Source: Gammaproteobacteria bacterium (lineage in GTDB: Bacteria > Pseudomonadota > Gammaproteobacteria > SZUA-229). Taken from it: a DNA stretch of 64,000 nt. The first letter of the stretch is position 1. Every line of letters starts with the position of its first letter. Shown piece after piece: positions 39,949 to 49,580 of this stretch. Position numbers and translations under genes: made by a program. The stretch spans positions 1,810 through 65,809 of the forward strand of contig JAOULX010000015.1 of assembly GCA_029881795.1 (NCBI GenBank). Direction: 5' to 3'. The notes under the pieces are model-generated. The model made no database searches. It worked only from the letters and a program-made list of their open reading frames with translations, and was not told the origin of the DNA.

Positions 39949-40641
39949 TTATAAAAACAGTTTCAGTCGACACTTGCCCTGACCACAGTATTTGGCCAGC
40001 ATTAGCAGAAAAAGCTCGGCTGTTGCCACCGCATCTTCGAGTGCGTTATGGGCTTTATATCTTGGCAAGCCATAAGCCATACGGATATTAAACAGGCGTA
40101 ACTGCGCGGATTTGAACCCGGCATGTCTACGCTGCAGCCGCTTTTTTTCCAGCAACAAGGTATCAACTACTCTCACTGGCAGGCTATAGCCGTAGTATTT
40201 TTGACAGGCTATATTTAAAAATCCCAGCTCTATATCGGCATGGTGTGCCAGCAATACTTTTCCAGCCATTTTCAGCAGTAACTGGTCCAGTGCCTGTTTT
40301 AAATCAACACCCTGACTGGCCTGGGTATCGGTTATCTGATGAATCGCAACATTAGAACTTTGCAGGTTATTATCCTGTCTGATTATCTGATAAGCGCTTT
40401 CTTTTAGAATGACACGGTTATTTTTTATCACGGTATAACCTATGCTTAATATCGAATCCAGTGCTGTATCCAGCCCTGTGGTTTCAAAATCCAGCGCTAT
40501 AAATTCCGTGTTGATAACCTCATCGCGTCTTGCTGGCACTTTCTCCTTCAGATATTCTTTAAAGGCGCTATCGCTCACTCTTTTATAGAGAATTTTACGC
40601 ACCACATCCCGCGGAAAAAGTTTATATAAAATCGACATCAA
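39949..40641 (-). CDS. DEDDh 3'-5' exonuclease (DNA polymerase III epsilon-like domain)
   Basis: 230 aa: FIALDFETTGLD (Exo I), ...HHADIELGFL, ...YKAHNALEDAVATAELF (Exo III YxxxD). It overlaps the upstream gene by 4 nt. Confidence 0.8.
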   Translation of the reverse strand: MMSILYKLFPRDVVRKILYKRVSDSAFKEYLKEKVPARRDEVINTEFIALDFETTGLDTALDSILSIGYTVIKNNRVILKESAYQIIRQDNNLQSSNVAIHQITDTQASQGVDLKQALDQLLLKMAGKVLLAHHADIELGFLNIACQKYYGYSLPVRVVDTLLLEKKRLQRRHAGFKSAQLRLFNIRMAYGLPRYKAHNALEDAVATAELFLLMLAKYCGQGKCRLKLFL

Positions 40642-42482
40642 TAACGCTGCTTTAAAACATCTTGCATCATCCGCACCACATCAAAAGCATCTTTCAGGTG
40701 CCTTCTTTCCAGTGGTGACAACATTTCAGGTGACACATAATTATCAACTTCCTGAGCTCTTTTTGATTGCAGCGACTGATGCTGCAATCTCACGGTAGCA
40801 ATAAACTCAAGCGCGTCACGTAAATCACTCATGCCTTCTTTGCTCAACACACCGGCTTCACTTGCGGCCTCCATTCTGTCCTGTGTATTGATCTGATACA
40901 ATCCGGCAGATAATGCAAACACACGAGCCAGATCTGTTATCGGCACTACGCCTCTTTTTTTCAAATCCAATGCTTTTTCTTCATGGCCATTATCTTCCAT
41001 CACAAAGTTTCTGAACAAACCCAGTGGTGGTTTAAATTGCAGTGCATTTGCGGCCAGATTAATCAGGAAGCGTTCATTAGACTGTGTTTTAGCCAGCATA
41101 TCTTCTCTGACCGCCTGCAATAAAGCATCATCGCCATAGGCACAGCGCAAATCAAAAAAGATACTGGCATACATCAAGGCTTTTGGTTCCGGCTGATTAA
41201 TCCATTTATCGAAATAGCTCTTCCAGACTTTTTGTGGCTGACGCCATTTTGGATTGGTCGCCATGACATTGCCGGGGCAATAAACATAACCACACGCATT
41301 CAAACCATCACACACTATATGGCTGAGCTTTTCAAAATAACTAGCGTGCTCGGCTTCGATGTAGTCGTCGGATAATATCAAACCGTTATCCTGATCTGAA
41401 ACCGCAGTCTGTTCATTTCTTGCCATCGAGCCTGCAATAATCCAGGCAAAGCTGACGGGGGCCTGACCAAGTTCATCCTGAGCAAACTTTATCATTCGCT
41501 GAACTATCGCTTCACCGATAGAGCTGATTAAATTGCCAATGTCATAAGCTGCCAGACTGTTTTCAACCAAACTCAATAAGGTATTAGGTATCTGCTTTGC
41601 CAACTGCACCAGTTCAGCCAGATCACCGGCACGATGTATTTCATTGATCAGGTAGATGGAATTATGACTTTGCTGACGGATCAGATCGGTTGCGGTAACA
41701 ACACCCTGAACCTGGCCCTGCAACAGCACCGGGATATGCCGGATATTATATTGCGCCATCATCAACAGCGCTTGTGATCCCGGTCGTCTGGCATCAATGG
41801 TCAACGGATTCGGCGTCATGATCTGGCTAACGGGACGCTCGACTGATAATTCTTTCGCTACTACCTTGGTACAATACGCGCGGTCTGTGACGATACCAAC
41901 CAGGACATCCTGATCCATTACCAATGCCACGGTATAGCCGGCCTTTGTCATTGATCTGGCTACCTCGCGAATACTGTCGGTTACCTTGACCAGTAACGGC
42001 TGGCCATGCACCAGATCCTGCACCGGTGTCGTCACCAGTACAGTATCACCGGCCTGCCGAATATCCTGCGTAGCACTGCGAATACGCAGCGGTTTCTGCT
42101 GTGAAAAATACTCTGAGATAAAACTGTATTTTTGCATCAGCTGACTGAACAAATTAGCTGGGATGCGATAAATCAAAGTATCTTCTATCGCCTTTACTCC
42201 CAGCGTAACCAATCCGTCTCCCAGTGCTGACTTATAGCCAACCCACTCACCAGCAGCATGCTGCCCCGTGAGCTGATCATTTTTATCATAAACTGCCAGT
42301 GCACCAGAACGGATTAAAAATAAAGTGTAATTATTCTCACCCGGCTTAAGCAGCTGCTGCCCTTTCTGGCTATAACTGATCTCAAGTGCAATCGCGAGCT
42401 GATTCAGATCCTGCTTATCTAGTTTGTTCAGTGGTGCACACTGAGCAAGGTAATCGACTATTTCAAGCTGCTCTATTTCCAT
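40638..42482 (-). CDS. cNMP-binding + tandem CBS + DUF294 nucleotidyltransferase-domain protein
   Basis: 614 aa. N-terminal cyclic-nucleotide-binding fold, a CBS pair (VHGQPLLV..., IRHIPVL...), then a GS/MAB21-like nucleotidyltransferase core (GSMARNEQTAVSDQDNGLI) and a C-terminal helical domain. Confidence 0.75.
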   Translation of the reverse strand: MEIEQLEIVDYLAQCAPLNKLDKQDLNQLAIALEISYSQKGQQLLKPGENNYTLFLIRSGALAVYDKNDQLTGQHAAGEWVGYKSALGDGLVTLGVKAIEDTLIYRIPANLFSQLMQKYSFISEYFSQQKPLRIRSATQDIRQAGDTVLVTTPVQDLVHGQPLLVKVTDSIREVARSMTKAGYTVALVMDQDVLVGIVTDRAYCTKVVAKELSVERPVSQIMTPNPLTIDARRPGSQALLMMAQYNIRHIPVLLQGQVQGVVTATDLIRQQSHNSIYLINEIHRAGDLAELVQLAKQIPNTLLSLVENSLAAYDIGNLISSIGEAIVQRMIKFAQDELGQAPVSFAWIIAGSMARNEQTAVSDQDNGLILSDDYIEAEHASYFEKLSHIVCDGLNACGYVYCPGNVMATNPKWRQPQKVWKSYFDKWINQPEPKALMYASIFFDLRCAYGDDALLQAVREDMLAKTQSNERFLINLAANALQFKPPLGLFRNFVMEDNGHEEKALDLKKRGVVPITDLARVFALSAGLYQINTQDRMEAASEAGVLSKEGMSDLRDALEFIATVRLQHQSLQSKRAQEVDNYVSPEMLSPLERRHLKDAFDVVRMMQDVLKQRY

Positions 42483-42497
42483 AACTGATAAAATTCT

Positions 42498-42938
42498 CTA
42501 CTGCTGTATTTTTTCATCTGCAAAATAGATACTACCCTGCCAGCCGACCACGAGTCTCAGATAGAGTTGCTTAGTATCAACATCGCTTTCAATAAATACA
42601 CTCTCCTGCCAGATGTTTTCTTCTTTCTCATACAATCTATGCGGTCGGCTCTGTTGCTTTTTACCAGCAAAGGAAATTAAAGCATCATCGAGTTTTTCTG
42701 AACTGGTCATTTTAATCGTGACCGACTGTCCTGCCTCTAATTTCTGATCTGCACTCAGATTAAGGCTTAAACCCAGCGTTTGTAAGAGACAGTCCGCTGC
42801 TGTTATACGACAATCCTTTTCCATCACCAGCGCTCTCATCGGTGGCTCCGGTGCATCCACCATATAGCCAGCTATGATGTAACCGGCTACTGCTAAAAAA
42901 GGTGCCATTAATATCGCTAATTTTTTATGTCTGTTCAT
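42498..42938 (-). CDS. hypothetical membrane-anchored protein
   Basis: 146 aa with an N-terminal TM (LAILMAPFLAVAGYIIAGYMV). There is a 15-bp gap to the downstream DUF294 gene. Confidence 0.5.
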   Translation of the reverse strand: MNRHKKLAILMAPFLAVAGYIIAGYMVDAPEPPMRALVMEKDCRITAADCLLQTLGLSLNLSADQKLEAGQSVTIKMTSSEKLDDALISFAGKKQQSRPHRLYEKEENIWQESVFIESDVDTKQLYLRLVVGWQGSIYFADEKIQQ

Positions 42939-43030
42939 AATTTTGTTTTGTCTTCTTTTCAGGATTAAAGCATCTTCGTTAAATGACTGCGGTAGCCATC
43001 ACCTAACAAAGTTACTTTATATAAAATCTT

Positions 43031-43065
43031 ACAGAAAACAAAGGCCCCATAAAGGAGCCTTTGTC
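43031..43065 (-). terminator. rho-independent terminator downstream of actP
   Basis: 8-bp stem acaaaggc/gcctttgt with an 11-nt loop. On the minus strand it is followed by a T-rich tract (gttttctg). Confidence 0.5.
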
Positions 43066-43107
43066 TTTTACCATTTCAGGTATTAATGTCAGATTATGCT
43101 GCTAACA

Positions 43108-44892
43108 TTAATGATCTGATGCACTACCGCTGCCGGATGGAATACGAATATCCTCAACCATATGCTGGATGTGCTCTGGTGGCTCTTCTGTCTGACTAGA
43201 TACAGCATAAGCCACAACAAAGTTAATCAGTGCACCTACCGCGCCAAATGCACCCGGTGAGATACCCATTAACCAACCACTTGGGTTATCAGCAGCCATT
43301 GCTGTACCTGGAATAAACAGGAAGCCTTTATAGATAAAGATGTAGATCAGAGTAGAACCCAGACCTGCCAACATACCCGCTACTGCACCTTTGTTGTTAA
43401 TACGCTTAACAAAGATACCCATCATCAACGCTGGGAACAACGAAGATGCTGCCAGACCGAATGCCAGCGCAACAACCTGCGCCGCGAATCCGGGCGGATT
43501 GAGCCCAAAGTAACCGGCCACCAATACCGCCCCAGCCATTGCAACACGACTGTACATCAATTCTTGCTTTTCACTGATTTCAGGTTTGAATGTACCTTTC
43601 ATCAAATCATGCGAGATCGACGATGCAATTGCCAGCAACAGACCCGCTGCAGTTGATAATGCAGCAGCGATACCACCGGCAGCCACTAATGCGATTACCC
43701 AGTTTGGAAGCTTAGCAATTTCTGGATTAGCCAGTACCATGATGTCACGGTCAACTTTAACCATCTCGTTGCCTTTCCAGCCAGCTTTATCAGCGGTGTC
43801 TGCAAATGACTTATTTTTGTCATTGTAGTACTGGATTTTGCCATCACCGTTTTTGTCTTCATACTTCAGCAGACCGGTTTTTTCCCAGTTGGTAAACCAT
43901 TGTGGTTTATCAGCATAGGCCAGATTTGCATCAGCAGCAGCAACCGGACCAGTCTGGATTGTGTTCATCAGATTCAAACGAGCCATTGCACCAACAGCAG
44001 GAGCCGTGGTGTAAAGAATTGCGATGAAAACTAATGCCCAACCAGCAGATGAACGTGCATCACGCACCTTAGGTACCGTGAAGAATCGCATGATAACGTG
44101 TGGCAGACCCGCAGTACCAATCATCAGAGACAGCGTCAGCAAAATCATATTAAGCGTGCCGCCTTTCTGCTCGGTATACGCGGCAAAGCCGAGATCCCCC
44201 AACACTAAGTCCAGCTTGTCCAGCAGATAAACACCGCTACCATCAGCCATCGTACTACCCAGACCTAACTGCGGAATTGGGTTACCTGTTAATTGCAGTG
44301 AAATAAATACCGCAGGAACAGTGTACGCAAAAATCAGTACAACATACTGTGCGATCTGAGTGTAAGTAACACCTTTCATTCCACCCAATACGGCGTAGAA
44401 GAATACGATCGCCATACCAGCGAACAGACCCGCTTCAAAAGGAACTTCTAAGAAACGAGAGAAGGCTACACCGATACCTTTCATCTGACCGATAACATAA
44501 GTCAGCGAAGCTACGATTAAACAAACAACCGCTACGATACGAGCCGTTCTTGAATAAAAACGATCACCAATGAACTCTGGTACCGTGAACTTGCCATACT
44601 TACGTAAGTAAGGAGCCAGTAACATTGCCAGCAGTACATAACCGCCGGTCCAGCCCATCAGGTAAACTGATGCATCGTAACCTTTAAACGCGATTAAACC
44701 CGCCATAGAGATAAATGATGCAGCAGACATCCAGTCGGCAGCAGTAGCCATACCGTTTGCAACTGGGTGAATACCTTTACCAGCTACGTAGAACTCACTG
44801 GTCGTGGAGGCACGTGCCCAGACAGCAATACCCATATATAGAGCGAAGGACAAACCCACAACAATATACGTTAATGTTTGTAATTCCATCAA
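43108..44892 (-). CDS. actP: cation/acetate symporter ActP (sodium:solute symporter family)
   Basis: 594 aa, about 13-14 TM, SSF signature. It is preceded by a small DUF485/DUF4212-like membrane gene, as in acs-yjcH-actP loci. Confidence 0.8.
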   Translation of the reverse strand: MMELQTLTYIVVGLSFALYMGIAVWARASTTSEFYVAGKGIHPVANGMATAADWMSAASFISMAGLIAFKGYDASVYLMGWTGGYVLLAMLLAPYLRKYGKFTVPEFIGDRFYSRTARIVAVVCLIVASLTYVIGQMKGIGVAFSRFLEVPFEAGLFAGMAIVFFYAVLGGMKGVTYTQIAQYVVLIFAYTVPAVFISLQLTGNPIPQLGLGSTMADGSGVYLLDKLDLVLGDLGFAAYTEQKGGTLNMILLTLSLMIGTAGLPHVIMRFFTVPKVRDARSSAGWALVFIAILYTTAPAVGAMARLNLMNTIQTGPVAAADANLAYADKPQWFTNWEKTGLLKYEDKNGDGKIQYYNDKNKSFADTADKAGWKGNEMVKVDRDIMVLANPEIAKLPNWVIALVAAGGIAAALSTAAGLLLAIASSISHDLMKGTFKPEISEKQELMYSRVAMAGAVLVAGYFGLNPPGFAAQVVALAFGLAASSLFPALMMGIFVKRINNKGAVAGMLAGLGSTLIYIFIYKGFLFIPGTAMAADNPSGWLMGISPGAFGAVGALINFVVAYAVSSQTEEPPEHIQHMVEDIRIPSGSGSASDH

Positions 44893-44900
44893 TAAACCCC

Positions 44901-45158
44901 TTAGTCTTCGTGGACGTCAAATTCACGATCGAGTTTATTCATTTTCGATGCGTAAAAGAAAACCAGTGCGACAAAGGTATAAATTGAACCTTGTTGCGCG
45001 AACCAGAAGCCAAGCTTATAACCACCGATTTGGATGGTGTTTAAAGCATCAACTAACAGTATTCCAAATAAAAACGAAACAGCAAACCACACCGCCAAAC
45101 ATCCCAGTACCAGACGCAGGTTTCTGTTCCAATAATCTTTTGCTTTATCAGAAGTCAT
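44901..45158 (-). CDS. small inner-membrane protein associated with the solute:sodium symporter (YjcH/DUF485-like)
   Basis: 85 aa, two TM helices, 9 bp upstream of actP. Confidence 0.7.
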   Translation of the reverse strand: MTSDKAKDYWNRNLRLVLGCLAVWFAVSFLFGILLVDALNTIQIGGYKLGFWFAQQGSIYTFVALVFFYASKMNKLDREFDVHED

Positions 45159-45298
45159 TATTCCCCCTCAGGTTAAATTCTGTATTTGCAGCACATTTAT
45201 AGTGCAAATACCCAGAACTAGCTTAATCATCCGTAATTTCAGTGCAAGGCGTATTTTTTTTATCAGAAACACCATAAAACTAGCTTATATTGCCTATA

Positions 45299-45314
45299 AT
45301 TCATAATTATGAAT
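45299..45314. promoter_or_regulatory. 16-bp perfect palindrome ATTCATAATTATGAAT in a divergent promoter region
   Basis: Read directly. It lies in the 398-bp AT-rich spacer between the divergent actP operon and the aminotransferase gene. Confidence 0.5.
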
Positions 45315-45556
45315 AATTAATTAATATCCCCCGTCCATAAGCTATCCACACTCCACGCATATAACCAAATGATTATATTGGTTAAACCGCATATAAATTT
45401 TATTTATTTGTCTAAAAAACAACCGGCAAGCAATACCCTATATTTTGCCGTAAAATCACGCCTTTTAGCGTTATAACCTCTTAAAAATTAGGTTATCCTT
45501 TAATAAAAGTATGGTTATACTGCGCGTTTGCACAATCAATAATTCTGGACAAATTT

Positions 45557-46732
45557 ATGACCGCTTCATTTAACCCTACACCACGCACATTAATGGGCCC
45601 CGGTCCTTCTGATGTTCACCCTCGTATTTTATCTGCGTTAGCCAGACCGACTATCGGTCATCTCGATCCCGAGTTTGTCGGCATGATGGATGAAGTTAAA
45701 GCCATGCTGCAATATGCCTTCCAGACCAAGAACGAGCTAACCATTGCTGTCTCTGCTCCGGGTTCTGCCGGCATGGAAACTTGTTTTGTCAATCTGATTG
45801 AAGCCGGTGATAGCGTGATTGTCTGCCAGAACGGTGTTTTTGGTGGCCGTATGAAGGAAAATGTTGAGCGCGTTGGTGCCACCGCTATCATGGTTGAAGA
45901 TGACTGGGGCAAAGCGGTTGATGTAGCCAAAGTCGAAGCAGCACTCAAAGCCAACCCGGGGGTTAAAGCCGTTTGTTTCGTACATGCAGAAACCTCTACC
46001 GGTGCAACATCTGATGCAAAAGCTATTTGCGATCTGGCTCATCAACACGGCGCTCTGACTATTGTCGATGCCGTCACCTCATTAGGCGGCTCTGAACTGC
46101 GGGTTGATGAATGGGGTATCGATGCCATCTATTCAGGCACCCAAAAATGCCTGTCTTGCGTACCGGGTATTTCACCTGTCAGTATTAATGAGCGCGCTAT
46201 TGAGGTGATTAAAAACCGCAAAACCAAAGTACAAAGCTGGTTTCTGGATCTAAATCTGGTTATGGGTTACTGGGGCGGAGAAGGCAAACGGGCATATCAC
46301 CACACCGCTCCCGTTAATGCTCTGTATGCATTACATGAATCACTGGTAATGCTGCAACAAGAAGGTCTGGAAAATTCATGGAAACGCCACCATGACAACC
46401 ACTTGGCATTACGGGCCGGCATCGAAGCGATGGGGCTTGAGTTTGTCGTCGACGAGGCTTCACGCTTACCTCAACTTAACGCTGTCAGCATCCCCGATGG
46501 TGTTGATGAAGCAGCGGTACGAGCAACCCTGTTGGACCAGTTCAATCTTGAAATTGGTGCCGGTTTAGGCGCATTAGCTGGCAAAGTATGGCGCATCGGT
46601 TTGATGGGCTATAGTAGCCGTGCTGAAAATATCCTGCTGTGTCTGGCGGCACTTGATGCTGTGCTCACCGACATGGGCGCTAAGATCAACAGTGGTGCGG
46701 CAATTCCTGCGGCCCAGGCACAAATGAAATAA
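45557..46732 (+). CDS. class-V aminotransferase (serine-glyoxylate / alanine-glyoxylate / serine-pyruvate aminotransferase)
   Basis: 391 aa with a PLP-dependent fold. The Lys is in SGTQKCL, and the overall pattern resembles AGXT/SgaA. Confidence 0.75.
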   Translation: MTASFNPTPRTLMGPGPSDVHPRILSALARPTIGHLDPEFVGMMDEVKAMLQYAFQTKNELTIAVSAPGSAGMETCFVNLIEAGDSVIVCQNGVFGGRMKENVERVGATAIMVEDDWGKAVDVAKVEAALKANPGVKAVCFVHAETSTGATSDAKAICDLAHQHGALTIVDAVTSLGGSELRVDEWGIDAIYSGTQKCLSCVPGISPVSINERAIEVIKNRKTKVQSWFLDLNLVMGYWGGEGKRAYHHTAPVNALYALHESLVMLQQEGLENSWKRHHDNHLALRAGIEAMGLEFVVDEASRLPQLNAVSIPDGVDEAAVRATLLDQFNLEIGAGLGALAGKVWRIGLMGYSSRAENILLCLAALDAVLTDMGAKINSGAAIPAAQAQMK

Positions 46733-46752
46733 AGCCCTGCTTGCAATGTATT

Positions 46753-46798
46753 AACCCTGACAAAAATCGGCGAACAGTCCCTATTGTCAGGGTTTTCC
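46753..46798 (+). terminator. putative intrinsic terminator after the aminotransferase gene
   Basis: 10-bp stem aaccctgaca/tgtcagggtt with a 22-nt loop, followed by ttttccc. Confidence 0.5.
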
Positions 46799-46866
46799 CG
46801 TCTATGTTCTGAACTTTTGAGCCGCTATACTGGTCTACAAGACAATATATTTTAAAGGTATTCGTT

Positions 46867-47511
46867 ATGATGTTCAGCCGATCTATTCTCGTCTTTTTAG
46901 TATTCATTATTACTATTTCAACCGCCCAGGCTGAACTAGAACCGAACAACAAAATGATTAACAAATGGAATCAGTTTGTAGATGACCTGATGACATTAAG
47001 CCAGCATTTAACCAGCAAGTCTGAACATTCTGAAAAAAAACGCAGCGGTAGTTACAGTAATTTGCCGGACTTTTATCACGAAACGAAATACATCCACTCA
47101 GATAGCGAAACAGTTACCAGCATTGTCCAGATGGAAACTGAAAATCCTGAAAACGTACACTCCATTCAGGTTTATCTCCGCGATAAAAACGGCCGTGTTA
47201 TGAAAGACTTTTCCGGCAGCTATCTAACCACCCATCATAATGCACCGATTCAAACTTTGATTACCCTGCATTATTACAATGATGAGCTGCATGCATTCCG
47301 GGTATTTGATGCCTCGCATGAACGTCTCTATGAAATATGTCGTGGCAAACTGGATGGTAAACAAGTCAATATAGATATCGATGATGACTACGGCGAACTA
47401 TCAGAAGCTTTGGAAGACAAGCAGGGCATTATGAGCAGCGCCGAATACAAAGCTTGTTTTGGCAGCCGCGACTATGATAAGAGCCGACTGCAAATCCCGC
47501 TTAATTTCTAA
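46867..47511 (+). CDS. hypothetical secreted protein
   Basis: 214 aa with a signal peptide (ILVFLVFIITISTAQA). No family recognised. Confidence 0.5.
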   Translation: MMFSRSILVFLVFIITISTAQAELEPNNKMINKWNQFVDDLMTLSQHLTSKSEHSEKKRSGSYSNLPDFYHETKYIHSDSETVTSIVQMETENPENVHSIQVYLRDKNGRVMKDFSGSYLTTHHNAPIQTLITLHYYNDELHAFRVFDASHERLYEICRGKLDGKQVNIDIDDDYGELSEALEDKQGIMSSAEYKACFGSRDYDKSRLQIPLNF

Positions 47512-47537
47512 AGCTCAACAGCAAACTGCAAACACAT

Positions 47538-47801
47538 CTAATCCTGTAGTCCGCTCCACTGCCGCAGTGCTTTTTTATCATTGTTACACAGTGCCAGTGC
47601 TGACTGCAGGCTTTTAATATACGGAATCAGGTCACTGTAAACCGCTTGTTGTTTATCGAATACGGGCGAACCACAGTCTCGCAGATATTTTTTCTGCGGC
47701 AACTGTTTTTCCACCCGGCTCACCACCAGCGCCGGACTACAACTGCATAAGATAAAATTCAGCGACAGGCATATCAGCACAGCTTTCAGAATTTTTTTCA
47801 T
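47538..47801 (-). CDS. small putative lipoprotein
   Basis: MKKILKAVLICLSLNFILCSCS is a lipobox-like signal. The start was trimmed from ORF 47538-47831. It still overlaps the upstream ORF, so the gene model is uncertain. Confidence 0.35.
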   Translation of the reverse strand: MKKILKAVLICLSLNFILCSCSPALVVSRVEKQLPQKKYLRDCGSPVFDKQQAVYSDLIPYIKSLQSALALCNNDKKALRQWSGLQD

Positions 47802-48177
47802 TCCCCTCATCCCTGCTAAGGTCAGACACATGACGCGACGGCCTTTGATTTTTTAAACCGCTACTCTGCTCTGTTAGTTTCAGCAGCCGCTGCTGCAGCT
47901 GATGAATTTTGTGTTGCAACAGATTTTGCTGCACCTGCATTTCCTGTTTCACTATCTCCAGTGTTTTTTCATGATGCGTCGCACTCAGCTCAGCTGACTG
48001 CTGTTGCTGCGCAAGTTGCTTCGTCTTATGCAACTGCTCAGACTCAAGTGTTGTCATTAACTGCCGGTTAGCCTGCTCAAGCTGACCCAGTTGTTGCGAC
48101 AAAGAAGAATAGCGCCAGAATCCCAGACTCAGAATAATCGACAGGCTAAGAATAGCGCCCAGATAAATTTTTGACAT
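47737..48177 (-). CDS. membrane-anchored coiled-coil protein (Q/L-rich)
   Basis: N-terminal TM (IYLGAILSLSIILSLGFW), then a heptad-like Q/L-rich helix. The start was taken at the internal Met MSKIYLG. Confidence 0.45.
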   Translation of the reverse strand: MSKIYLGAILSLSIILSLGFWRYSSLSQQLGQLEQANRQLMTTLESEQLHKTKQLAQQQQSAELSATHHEKTLEIVKQEMQVQQNLLQHKIHQLQQRLLKLTEQSSGLKNQRPSRHVSDLSRDEGNEKNSESCADMPVAEFYLMQL

Positions 48178-48281
48178 CAAACCCTCCTGGCAATACAGCA
48201 CGCGATGATTATTAATCCGCGGCCGATCCTGATAACATTAAGCATCTTAACCAATATACTCAGATGCGGAAACCATCTTTA

Positions 48282-49508
48282 ATGAAAGCTTATCTGGTCG
48301 GCGGTGCCGTTCGTGACAAATTACTTAACTATCCCGCCAATGATCGTGACTGGGTAGTCGTCGGTGCCACTATCGCTGAGATGGAAGCCGCCGGCTACCG
48401 GCTGGTCGGCAGTGACTTCCCGGTTTTTCTGCACCCAAAAACCCATGAAGAATACGCCTTAGCCCGGACCGAACGAAAAAGCGCGCACGGTTACAAAGGT
48501 TTCACGGTATCCGCATCCCCAGAGGTCACGCTAGAGGAAGACCTGCTCAGGCGTGACCTCACCATCAATGCGATGGCGGAGGATGAAGACGGCCATATTA
48601 TCGATCCATTTAATGGTCAGGCCGATCTCAACAACAGAATATTCAGGCATGTTTCAGAAGCCTTCACCGAAGACCCGCTACGGATATTACGCGTTGCAAG
48701 GTACATGGCTCGCTATAACGACATGGGTTTCAGCATTGCTGCAGAAACCATGGCACTGATGAAAGAGATTGTTGCACAGGGCGAAATTGAACACTTGGTT
48801 GTCGAACGTATCTGGCAGGAAACCGAACGTGCCATTGGCGAAAAAGCACCGCAGCGTTATTTTGAAGTCTTGCGTGAATGCGGCGCACTAAAAATCATAT
48901 TACCGGAAGTCGATATTTTGTTTGGAGTTCCGCAAACAGCTCACTATCATCCCGAAATTGATACCGGAATCCATACCATGATGGTGTTAGAACAGGCTGC
49001 AAAATTATCCACCGATAATGCGGTTCGTTTCGCCGCACTGGTGCATGATCTGGGCAAAGGCACGACACCTGAAAACGAATGGCCCAAACACATCGCCCAT
49101 GAAGAGCGCGGAGTGCCTCTGGTTAAAGCGGTCTGCGAACGCCTGAAAACACCTAATCCGTTTCGCGATCTGGCTGTGGCCGTGACCCGCTATCACCTGC
49201 ATTACCATCGCGCTGCTGAGTTACGCGATGACACCTTGCTGTCGACACTGGAAAAGCTCGATGCATTTCGCCGACCTGAGCGCTTTGAACAGTTTCTGCT
49301 GGCCTGTGAGGCAGATTCACGCGGCCGCACCGGTTTCGAACAAGCGACATTTGATCAGCCCACTATTTTCAGAGAGGCCTTTGCCGCCGCGCAAAAAATC
49401 AACGCCCAGCCATTTCTTCAGCAAGGCCTGAAAGGACCGGCTATCGCCGATGCCATTCGTAAAGCCCGTATCGACTGTATAAAACAGGCTCGCTCAGCTT
49501 ATCGTTAG
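48282..49508 (+). CDS. cca: multifunctional CCA tRNA nucleotidyltransferase with HD domain
   Basis: MKAYLVGGAVRDKLLNYPANDRDWVVVG is nearly identical to the enterobacterial Cca N-terminus. The HD motif HDLGK is in the C-terminal half. Confidence 0.9.
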   Translation: MKAYLVGGAVRDKLLNYPANDRDWVVVGATIAEMEAAGYRLVGSDFPVFLHPKTHEEYALARTERKSAHGYKGFTVSASPEVTLEEDLLRRDLTINAMAEDEDGHIIDPFNGQADLNNRIFRHVSEAFTEDPLRILRVARYMARYNDMGFSIAAETMALMKEIVAQGEIEHLVVERIWQETERAIGEKAPQRYFEVLRECGALKIILPEVDILFGVPQTAHYHPEIDTGIHTMMVLEQAAKLSTDNAVRFAALVHDLGKGTTPENEWPKHIAHEERGVPLVKAVCERLKTPNPFRDLAVAVTRYHLHYHRAAELRDDTLLSTLEKLDAFRRPERFEQFLLACEADSRGRTGFEQATFDQPTIFREAFAAAQKINAQPFLQQGLKGPAIADAIRKARIDCIKQARSAYR

Positions 49509-49580
49509 TCAGTATTGCGCTTTTAGCGCAAGCGAATATGCTAAAATCCTGTTTTTCTGATTATTCGATAAGCACACTGC

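Noticed and set aside
47538-48201. Two overlapping small minus-strand ORFs (97 aa and 154 aa) treated as a possible programmed frameshift
   Set aside because: They are in different frames with a 65-95-bp overlap and each has its own plausible signal/TM N-terminus. It is more likely that one start is mis-assigned than that this is a genuine frameshifted gene. I kept both as low-confidence CDS.
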